Assembly (NCBI GenBank): GCA_963662715.1
Contig: OY759724.1
Location: 330,001 to 362,000 of the forward strand
From: Candidatus Omnitrophota bacterium
GTDB lineage: Bacteria; Omnitrophota; Gorgyraeia; Zapsychrales; JANLHA01
Length of the DNA stretch: 32,000 nucleotides
Direction: 5' to 3'
Part shown: positions 1-7,044 of the stretch, piece after piece
Layout of the letters: the number at the start of each line of letters is the position of its first letter
Position numbering within the stretch: the first letter of the stretch is position 1
Program-made: the position numbers and the translations under genes
Notes under the pieces: model-generated
Databases searched by the model: none
Told to the model about the DNA's origin: nothing
The model's input: only the letters and a program-made list of their open reading frames with translations

Positions 1-145
1 GTTACTTGGAATCAAGACAGGGCAGCTGCCCCCTATTATTTACCCCAATTATTTTTGCAAGTGGCACAGTTTTTTGGGGGGGCTCCGGAAGTCAATGTGT
101 CTCGGGTTATTCATAACTTAGCGTCCAATTCCTCAATAGTCAGCA

Positions 146-1105
146 TTAGCCATAAACATGATTTGATATATCTTCTTCCTTCTTCTGAATGGCGGCAATG
201 GTGTGTTTCGCCTCAAACGCCTCTTTTGACGCGGGGCCAGCTAAGATTTCAATAGCGCAGGCAATATCATATTGCTCCTTAAGCTTTTCATGTGCCCAAA
301 AAGTGCTCTTAAAATATAGATCATACTTGCAAAGTGTATCCGCCAAGGGTCGAATCCCCCGTACATCTCCTATGGACGCCAATGCTCGCGCTGTAATTCC
401 GCACAGGTCTGATGCTTCAGTGGGAACAATCCGGCTCGTAGAACCATCAGCTTGAGGGAATTCCTGCCGTGGATAAATGAATGATGTGAAGTGCTCGATA
501 AGAACGATAAGGATATCCTCCGCTTGCGGGCTAGCCATCTCTCCAAGGGCGATGACAGCTTCTTTAACCCCTGTCTCAATATTCGATAAACGACAATGTC
601 CTCTGTATCCATACACCATTTCGTGGACACCGAAAGCTTTTTCTTCGAGAAAGCGTATTATCGTTGGAATACAGCGGAGATCGCGAATATGGCCAAATGC
701 TTTAAATATGCAAGATTGGGCAAGCGCGCTGCACTGTGTCACCTGGGCCATCATACACTCCACATCATGCGGCGAGCCCTTCCCTGAAAGTGATTTTTGT
801 ATTGATGCAACAAGTGAATCATAGACTTCATATGACATTTTACCTCTTTTGGAATCAAAACGATCTAGTGTCCTAATCAATGCCAGGACAATCCGCGGGT
901 CATCCATAGCAGCTAAAGCTGTCGCTGCGTCACAAATAACCTGCCAATTAGGACAAGACAAAGCTCTTAACAAACAGCCCGTTCGTTTTTTTAAAGCCCA
1001 CATATGGACGTCGGCACAGTCCGTTGTGGACAATTGCACCCTCCGAATTGTTTTTATGCAAAACCAGACAAAAAACGCACAAATTAAAATTTCGAAAATG
1101 ATCAT
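146..1105 (-). CDS. HEAT-repeat protein with N-terminal membrane anchor (function unknown)
   Basis: 319-aa ORF with ATG at 1103-1105 and a TAA stop. The N-terminus MIIFEILICAFFVWFCI is hydrophobic. Several ~30-aa units look like HEAT/PBS-lyase repeats (NWQVICDAATALAAMDDPRIVLALIRTLD, VKEAVIALGEMASPQAEDILIVLIEH, ITARALASIGDVRGIRPLADTL). Pattern recognition only. Confidence 0.5.
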   Translation of the reverse strand: MIIFEILICAFFVWFCIKTIRRVQLSTTDCADVHMWALKKRTGCLLRALSCPNWQVICDAATALAAMDDPRIVLALIRTLDRFDSKRGKMSYEVYDSLVASIQKSLSGKGSPHDVECMMAQVTQCSALAQSCIFKAFGHIRDLRCIPTIIRFLEEKAFGVHEMVYGYRGHCRLSNIETGVKEAVIALGEMASPQAEDILIVLIEHFTSFIYPRQEFPQADGSTSRIVPTEASDLCGITARALASIGDVRGIRPLADTLCKYDLYFKSTFWAHEKLKEQYDIACAIEILAGPASKEAFEAKHTIAAIQKKEEDISNHVYG

Positions 1106-1345
1106 AAGAGAATCCCGGTTGTTATAGGGGTTAGCGTGAGCCGCCCTTTATTATTATCTCCTGATTTCCCAAGGCCTTAGCAATATTTTCCATTACCGTC
1201 CTTTTTCGGTACCATCGGTCAGCTGCCGTGGGTGCGGATAAGAACTGCTTTTTATATTGTTTATTTTCAGCAATTTATAAAAATGTCCTTTTGGTGTTCA
1301 TCTGCCAGATAGATGAACGCTTATGACTTCGATTCTTATTTTGGC

Positions 1346-1933
1346 CTAAAAAGTGGTCCAGTTTTCTCCGAGCATTACAGAAATAATGACACCGGGCAAA
1401 CCATCATCAATCTCTGGATTGACTGGAGTTTCACTCTTTCCTAACTTTACAATCTTTCCATCTGGATAAACAACTTTCCCTTTACCTCTCAGATAGACAT
1501 AGCCTACGCCCTCTAAAAGAACAAAGGTCAGCCTATCTCCCTTTCCTCCTTCACCAATGACAGTAGGCAGGCCTTCTCCACCCAATCCTCCACCCAATCG
1601 AACTTCACCCGCAAAGCGATGAATACTTTTATTTCCCAATAATAATGGCTTCGCGTCCAAAGACTCGAAACCATCCCTTGGCATTTCTAAACTGAAGATT
1701 AAAGCCTTCCCTCCCAACTTAGATGATATTGTCCCCGCACACGGAGGCCCCTCTTGGGCGTATATCCCTTTAATCACCAGCCGGTCTCCCGCTCCCTGTT
1801 CCAGAATAGAAGATGCAACATAATTTTCTTCCGCTACAATTTGTTCATTGGAAAGGGTTTGTTCTGCGATTGCAAATGGATGCAATGAGACAACTGCAAT
1901 AAAAACAGCCAGTATAAAAAAAGTTTTTTTCAT
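1346..1933 (-). CDS. Secreted hypothetical protein (signal peptide, Gly-rich centre)
   Basis: 195-aa ORF with ATG at 1931-1933. It is the only called CDS in the window ending in TAG. The N-terminus MKKTFFILAVFIAVVSLHPFAIAEQ is a classical Sec signal. There is a Gly-rich stretch, RLGGGLGGEGLPTVIGEGGKGD. No family recognised. Confidence 0.5.
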   Translation of the reverse strand: MKKTFFILAVFIAVVSLHPFAIAEQTLSNEQIVAEENYVASSILEQGAGDRLVIKGIYAQEGPPCAGTISSKLGGKALIFSLEMPRDGFESLDAKPLLLGNKSIHRFAGEVRLGGGLGGEGLPTVIGEGGKGDRLTFVLLEGVGYVYLRGKGKVVYPDGKIVKLGKSETPVNPEIDDGLPGVIISVMLGENWTTF

Positions 1934-2140
1934 TGTGCCTTCTTTTTCTTTTTAATTCGGGTTACGGTATGTGTCTAGGAATTCGTGCAATTACCTTATC
2001 AGGAATGGTCTCTTCAAAGGAGTAAGACATTGGCTCCCGCACATCCCCTCTTGAGAAACGTCCTGTTTGGTTAAGAAAACATAAATAATCTATGAGTGCA
2101 AAAATCATTAATATAATAATTCTTAGATATTAAAAAATCG

Positions 2141-3274
2141 TTATACCCGATCATGGCTTAAAGAATCATGAAAGTCCCGCAGAGTTTTAAATTTTTTGCA
2201 TATATTAGAATTGAATAATTTTTCATGATGAGCAACAAAGTCCTTATTGGAAATGTTGGGGTCAATGATGTTTATGATTTTTTTCTTATTTGAAGAACTT
2301 TGCCTAATCAAATTATTTAGCTCATTGTCAGAATTCATGAAGCTTTTCCCTACCAAAAACACTTCCTCCGCTTCTTCAAGTAAAGAATATAATTTTTTTA
2401 AGTGTTTGCGGAAGATGTCATATTTTCGATAAGTATATTTTTTTAAGTAATACGGCAAAATTAATGGAAAAGGTGTTTGTGCCTTTTTATCATTGAGTTT
2501 TTTCTGAAACATTTCAGAAGAAACGCCCGGAGACAGCAAATAAACGATTTTTTGGCCATAGCATGTGGGGTCTGTGAACCAGTTAAATGACCCGTGAATT
2601 TTTAGGAGTGTTATGCCATTCTTAGTCCCGACATCATCCGGGAGTACAATATCTGTATAGCCCAAACCATCAAAAGAATTAAAATTTAATAAAGATAGGC
2701 GATATAGTGTAATGTCACATATCTCATCATAGTTAAAGCTGACAACGGCATCGCCTTGTTGAAGCTCCTTAAACACAGACGAATGATAAGCACAATATCC
2801 ACTTTTTATAGAGCGATAACACCATTCATATATTGCCCTCTGAATAAAAGTCATCAGGTTTCTGGGGTTCCCTTCAATCATCAAATGCGGCTTTTCAATA
2901 AAATATTGAAATATTATTTTGGTAAGAGAAATATCTTCGGCGGAGGTTAAGTATTCTTTCAAGATAGGGTCGGTTTCTGCTAAAACTTCGAGACTGTTGA
3001 TAATTTTGCACCGATTTTCTAGGGAGGGGAAAACGACTTCTGGTTCGACAACTCGTGCGATATGCTCTACAGCACAGAGTAGTGTGTAAAATTTCTCTAT
3101 ATCGGTGGTTGTTTCTGTTCGTTGAATTAACTCAGTATAGGCAATGCGGACATTGTCAAGATTGCCGTAATTAAACAGGGTATAAAAATCTTTAAGTAAT
3201 GGCGGCTTAAAAGAGGGATTGATTGTTGAGGCCCCATAAGTGGCCCCTGCTCCGATAATGATAATCTTTCGCAT
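2141..3274 (-). CDS. Stand-alone SIR2-like (SIR2_2-type) protein, putative NADase effector
   Basis: 377-aa ORF with ATG at 3272-3274 and a TAA stop. It has the ordered SIR2 signatures: IIIIGAGATYGAS near the N-terminus, VVSFNYDEICD (NYD at 2726-2734), LLKIHGSFNWF (HG at 2591-2596) and a late VFLVGKSFMNSDNEL. It lies 69 nt downstream of the cyclase-like gene on the same strand. Confidence 0.7.
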   Translation of the reverse strand: MRKIIIIGAGATYGASTINPSFKPPLLKDFYTLFNYGNLDNVRIAYTELIQRTETTTDIEKFYTLLCAVEHIARVVEPEVVFPSLENRCKIINSLEVLAETDPILKEYLTSAEDISLTKIIFQYFIEKPHLMIEGNPRNLMTFIQRAIYEWCYRSIKSGYCAYHSSVFKELQQGDAVVSFNYDEICDITLYRLSLLNFNSFDGLGYTDIVLPDDVGTKNGITLLKIHGSFNWFTDPTCYGQKIVYLLSPGVSSEMFQKKLNDKKAQTPFPLILPYYLKKYTYRKYDIFRKHLKKLYSLLEEAEEVFLVGKSFMNSDNELNNLIRQSSSNKKKIINIIDPNISNKDFVAHHEKLFNSNICKKFKTLRDFHDSLSHDRV

Positions 3275-3343
3275 GTTTAATAATTTTTAGTTTTCTCCAT
3301 AAGAAATCCCTAAAACACTCACTTGGCGTTAAAATTCTAAACA

Positions 3344-4291
3344 TTAGTTTGTCACAACATTACGTTCATTTTTGCTTAAAAAATCAAGAGTTCTTAAATA
3401 TTTATTCTTTATCCTTTCTTCAGTTTGGTTTCTTTGCATAGACAAAAGAGCCTTACGGCAAGGTTTTTGCCCTTCTGTCGAGGGGCTATTCCCAATTATA
3501 AATGCAGGTAAGTTAATATAATCTGCCTCACTTTTAACTGTATATTTTTTAAGTGGAATTGGATAATACGCATAATTTAAACGTTCATCAGCAGGCAAAC
3601 CAAGTTCACCCAATCTTTTAACGGCTGTTTCAGTTAACATAAAACCAATCCAATCTTGCAATTCGCTAAACATATTAGCTTCATTTAGGGCTGCACCAAA
3701 GTACAAGCCACTTTCGTCGTCGGCGTAAAACTCTCCAAAGGACATGCTGCCTCGAACAGGAATCTTCTTTTTAATAAGTGACACAAAGAAATAACGGATA
3801 AATGAGTCTATTGCTCGATAGGCCAAATCAGTATCATCAATAGTGTAAATGATAAAAGAATCCGAGAATGTTATCTTTTTGAGTAAATGGCTATCAAAAG
3901 AATCTTTCTTAAAATGGTCAATGCTGTCCGCATACACTTCAAATACTTTTGTCCAATATGATGTGTTAATCAAATCTTTGATGCCTAATAAATCTAAATA
4001 CGCAACCCAACGATTGATATTAACGTAAGATTTCAGAGCAACTCCTTCTAGGCCTTTTTTGCGCTTAGGGACAGACTCCCTTTTCATCCATAAATCAAAC
4101 TCCTCGCTTGTTAACCCCATCCATTCTGCAATACTTTTCCCCATCCCATCTAAACCTTGTTGATACGCCAAGCGAAATGCTCCCCGGGCTTCGTCTTCAT
4201 TCTTAAAATGCCCATTCTTTTGCCAGAATTTTGCTGTGCTAACACCCCATCCACCGATTTCGATATTTTGTTTCATTCCACGCTGGTTCAT
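3344..4291 (-). CDS. Palm-domain nucleotide-cyclase-like protein (class III cyclase / GGDEF superfamily-like), with an N-terminal ~90-aa extra domain
   Basis: 315-aa ORF with ATG at 4289-4291 (alternative ATG at 4274-4276) and a TAA stop. The motif order fits a class III cyclase palm: VAYLDLLGIKDL (Asp at 3992-3994), KITFSDSFIIYT (3854-3868), IPVRGSMSFGEFY, then YFGAALNEANMFSELQ and IGFMLTE. The N-terminal part has an HTH-like stretch, KSIAEWMGLTSEEFDLWM. The coding call is solid; the fold assignment is by eye only. Confidence 0.5.
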   Translation of the reverse strand: MNQRGMKQNIEIGGWGVSTAKFWQKNGHFKNEDEARGAFRLAYQQGLDGMGKSIAEWMGLTSEEFDLWMKRESVPKRKKGLEGVALKSYVNINRWVAYLDLLGIKDLINTSYWTKVFEVYADSIDHFKKDSFDSHLLKKITFSDSFIIYTIDDTDLAYRAIDSFIRYFFVSLIKKKIPVRGSMSFGEFYADDESGLYFGAALNEANMFSELQDWIGFMLTETAVKRLGELGLPADERLNYAYYPIPLKKYTVKSEADYINLPAFIIGNSPSTEGQKPCRKALLSMQRNQTEERIKNKYLRTLDFLSKNERNVVTN

Positions 4292-4431
4292 ATAGAAGGC
4301 CCGTAAATAGATTCACTTCCTCATTTTAGTTACTAAGAATGTATCTTCTCCAAAAACTCCCCCAAAGTCCTCAAATAGTGACCCCATCGGTCAGCCATAG
4401 GTTTTATAAGATGAGTTTTCATAGTAGACTG

Positions 4432-4460
4432 ATTATACGTGAGATGGGTGGATAAATCAA
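4432..4460 (-). promoter_or_regulatory. Sigma70-like promoter upstream of the cyclase-like/SIR2 gene pair
   Basis: On the minus strand there is TTGATT (4455-4460), a 17-nt spacer and TATAAT (4432-4437). This sits about 135 nt upstream of the ATG at 4291 and downstream of the SIR2-TPR stop. Confidence 0.5.
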
Positions 4461-4520
4461 TAAGGAGGTCTTTAAGAAAAACAGGCAAATCCACCAATTA
4501 TTCATTTTGAACTTACGGGA

Positions 4521-6560
4521 TTATTCAACAACATTCTTTATATTTTCTGCGCGATCCCAGCATTCTATCGCTTCGCGATTCTTGCCCAAAGCGTAGTAAG
4601 TATTTCCTAAATTCGTAAGCCACATTTTCTCACCAGTCCTATCATCAATATTCCTTACTACCCGTAATGCCTGTTCATAATATTCTATCGCTTCTGTATA
4701 TTTACAAAGATCCTCACAGACAACTCCCAAATTACCAAGCCATGTCCCTTCAGTAGCCATATCGCCAATATCCCTTGCCATTTTTAATGCCTGCTTATAG
4801 CATTCTATAGCTTTATCATTCTCAGCAAGACTATTGTAGACAATCCCTAGACTACCAAGCCATATTGCTTCATTTGCTCTATCGCCAATATCTTTCGCTA
4901 TTTTTAATGCCTGCTCATAGTATTCTATGGCGTCGTGGTACTTGCCCATACTATGGTAGACATTCCCCAAATTACCAAGTATCGCCCCTTCACTTGGTTT
5001 ATTACCAATTTCCCGCATTATCTGTAATGCTTGTTCAAAATACTCTATTGCTTTGATAGACTCGTTAAGGCAATGACAAATTTTCCCCAGATTGCTAAGC
5101 TCTCTTCCTTCATTGACTTTATCACCAATCTTCCTGGATATTTTCAATCCCAGTTCATAATATTCCCTCGCTTTATGAAACTCGTTAAGTTCACAATAGG
5201 CATTTCCTAAATTGCTAAGTATCGCCCCTTCCTCAGGACAATGGCCAATCTTCTGTATTATTCGTAGTCCTCGGACATAATATTCTATAGCTTTGCGATA
5301 TTCACTAAGACCAGAGTAGATAATTCCCAAATTACCAAGACACGACCCTTCTCCGGTCCTATCACCAATATCCCTTGCTATACGTAGTGCACGCTCGTAA
5401 TAGATCATCGCTGACCTCAATTCTGAGATTGATATACAAATTGCTCCTAATATACACATTTTTTCAGCAGGAGATATCCGACTCACCCAACGTGTGATTT
5501 TATTCTTCCAAAGTATCTCCCGCTGGGCTATTTTTTTTTCATTAATTCCATCTAAATAAGACCCCTCACAGTTAACATCATTCCAAAGCCGCGTAATCAA
5601 CTCATTCGTGTTATATCCCAGTCTCACTCCTTCGAAATCTTTCAACGTGTTATGCACTTTATCAAAATGTTCCTCCCCCCTATGATTAACTCCCTGCAAA
5701 CGCTCCGCTGATAATTTTTGAACCCAAGGAGCATCAGTTGTATGCTCCACATAAATCACTCTTTTAGCTTTTACTTTTACGGCTTGTATTTGTGGAACCA
5801 AATCAAAGGCGTCGGAGCAGCTATACCCGAGGATAAGAACGATTTTGTGTCCGCCAGTGGAGAACATCTGGTTGATAACGTGATTTCGTTGTACAGCTAA
5901 CTTCTGACTAGCCACTTGCTTAAGTGTAATCGCAAGGTTCTTTTTATCATGAACACTGCCGTGAACTTTCACCAATTGGATGCCTTTACCATTCCACTCG
6001 ATTCTTTCAAGATCGTCCTCTCTGAAATATAGTGCATACCCAATCCCATCTTTTATCGATTCAAGTGCAAGAGCTTTTTCAATCAATTGGTCAAAATTTG
6101 TTGTCACTACAACCGTTATCTTTTGCTCTTTTAACAATCTAGCCAAAAAAATATGATTGGCGTTAGGCGTGACCGCATTGGGCTTCGGCTCATCTGCGTC
6201 ATAAACTGTGTAGAGCAATTCTGCGTTGCCTCCATCATTCAACTTTTCGACAAATAGTTCAAATGGCATCTTGTGGAATATTTTTCTAATCACTACTTCA
6301 GACATTCCTGTCGCTGCACTAATTTGGGTGATTAATTCCAGCTCTCTTTGGGCAGAACTCTTCTTGCCTTGCGTCATTTGATTGATTTCATTTATTCTTT
6401 CATCAGAAACATCATTCAACCGCAACAACATATACGGAACGAATTGAGCTATTACTGGCAGACCAGAATTAAAAGAAATTCCTGCCCCACAAAAGACAAC
6501 CAGTTCCTTTTTCTTTATTGCCATCGCTATTTCTGTTATGATTCCTTCTGTCTCATTCAT
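4521..6560 (-). CDS. SIR2-domain / TPR-repeat fusion protein (putative sensor-effector NADase)
   Basis: 679-aa ORF with ATG at 6558-6560, preceded by AAGGAA, and a TAA stop. The N-terminal half carries sirtuin-like signatures: VVFCGAGISFNSGLP (GAGIS at 6474-6488), VVTTNFDQLIEKA (6090-6104) and LVKVHGSV (HG at 5958-5963). The C-terminal ~310 aa form eight 40-aa TPR units of the pattern AIEYYEQALKIAKDIGDR..EG..LGNLG.VY. No Walker A/P-loop is seen between the two halves. Confidence 0.8.
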   Translation of the reverse strand: MNETEGIITEIAMAIKKKELVVFCGAGISFNSGLPVIAQFVPYMLLRLNDVSDERINEINQMTQGKKSSAQRELELITQISAATGMSEVVIRKIFHKMPFELFVEKLNDGGNAELLYTVYDADEPKPNAVTPNANHIFLARLLKEQKITVVVTTNFDQLIEKALALESIKDGIGYALYFREDDLERIEWNGKGIQLVKVHGSVHDKKNLAITLKQVASQKLAVQRNHVINQMFSTGGHKIVLILGYSCSDAFDLVPQIQAVKVKAKRVIYVEHTTDAPWVQKLSAERLQGVNHRGEEHFDKVHNTLKDFEGVRLGYNTNELITRLWNDVNCEGSYLDGINEKKIAQREILWKNKITRWVSRISPAEKMCILGAICISISELRSAMIYYERALRIARDIGDRTGEGSCLGNLGIIYSGLSEYRKAIEYYVRGLRIIQKIGHCPEEGAILSNLGNAYCELNEFHKAREYYELGLKISRKIGDKVNEGRELSNLGKICHCLNESIKAIEYFEQALQIMREIGNKPSEGAILGNLGNVYHSMGKYHDAIEYYEQALKIAKDIGDRANEAIWLGSLGIVYNSLAENDKAIECYKQALKMARDIGDMATEGTWLGNLGVVCEDLCKYTEAIEYYEQALRVVRNIDDRTGEKMWLTNLGNTYYALGKNREAIECWDRAENIKNVVE
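4524..5460 (-). repeat. Coding tandem repeat, ~120-nt period (eight TPR units of the SIR2-TPR gene)
   Basis: DNA blocks recur every ~120 nt, for example ccaatatcccttgc..ttttaatgcctgc..tattctat.gc. They correspond to the 40-aa units CLGNLGIIYSGL.., ILSNLGNAYCEL.., ELSNLGKICHCL.., ILGNLGNVYHSM.., WLGSLGIVYNSL.., WLGNLGVVCEDL.. and WLTNLGNTYYAL.. Confidence 0.7.
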
Positions 6561-6777
6561 TTATGCTTTCCTTTTTCTGGTAACATCGAAAACTTTTTCC
6601 GTCTATTCCAAAATTTTTAAACCAGTTACCCAATTTCAACAATCCGTTTTAAGACGCTTTCCGTAGTCCTCCTGTAGCGCGTCCATCGCCCAGCCTATGA
6701 TCCTCTTTTCAAGAAAAAAAATTGTTTGTTTTTATTCAGGCATCACTCATCATATTCTTTTTCATTCTTAGTAGTCT

Positions 6778-6945
6778 TTAAATGTTTGTTCTACTTTTAA
6801 TAAAATTTTCTAAGTCTTTTGGATAAATCCTCCACTTGCCAATCTTTATTGCATTTAACCGTTTTGTCTAGATAAGGTCTCTTATCTAGTCTTCGGTGAC
6901 GCAGAGTTTTTCAACCACTTCTTTAACAGTGAGGTAGTTACGCAT
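6778..6945 (-). pseudogene. Excisionase/AlpA-type HTH (HTH_17-like) gene interrupted by two in-frame TAG codons
   Basis: The minus-strand frame reads MRNYLTVKEVVEKLCVTED*IRDLI*TKRLNAIKIGKWRIYPKDLENFIKSRTNI*. It matches the Xis/MerR-type pattern LTVKE..E.L.V....I..LI....L.A.KIG..WRI...DLE.FI. The in-frame TAGs are at 6886-6888 and 6868-6870, and there are no frameshifts. Confidence 0.6.
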
Positions 6946-7014
6946 GTCTTACATTGAGTTGACCTCGTTTTTTTGACAAATTTATCAAATTACTATTTAT
7001 TCCTATTAAATTTT

Positions 7015-7044
7015 ATTGTATGCTCGTTACTCTTATAAAGTCAA
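7015..7044 (-). promoter_or_regulatory. Sigma70-like promoter upstream of the Xis-like pseudogene, followed by an operator-like palindrome
   Basis: On the minus strand there is TTGACT (7039-7044), an 18-nt spacer and TACAAT (7015-7020). The near-palindrome TTGACAAATTTATCAA (6973-6988) lies between this promoter and the ATG at 6945. Confidence 0.35.

Noticed and set aside
8-35. Possible att-type repeat of the tmRNA 3' end at the window start (GGAATC...CAGCTGC is also present at 7954-7980 in ssrA)
   Set aside because: Only two short blocks match, with different spacing (9 versus 15 nt between them). The T-loop/acceptor sequence is not reproduced, so this fits chance.
55-824. Several plus-strand ORFs (55-255, 189-455, 477-824, 596-787) and a minus-strand ORF in an alternate frame (370-630), all overlapping the HEAT-repeat gene
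   Set aside because: They are antisense or alternative-frame ORFs, short (63-115 aa) and mutually overlapping. They lack motifs, whereas the 319-aa minus-strand frame has a repeat architecture and an ATG start.
1296-1318. Hairpin GTTCATCT-N7-AGATGAAC downstream of the 195-aa gene, considered as a terminator
   Set aside because: An 8-bp stem is present, but no U-tract follows directly on the minus strand (ACCAAAAGG comes first). The call is too uncertain.
4524-5460. 120-nt periodic DNA repeat considered as a non-coding satellite or CRISPR-like array
   Set aside because: It lies wholly within an open frame, and the period equals one 40-aa TPR unit, so it is a coding repeat.
2141-6560. Assignment of the SIR2 cluster to Thoeris, DSR, SIR2-HerA, Avs or Pycsar/CBASS
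   Set aside because: No TIR, SLOG, HerA, pAgo/APAZ, STAND NTPase, SAVED, CARF or cNMP-binding signature is visible in any of the three proteins or their neighbours. This rejection is by eye only and needs HMM confirmation.
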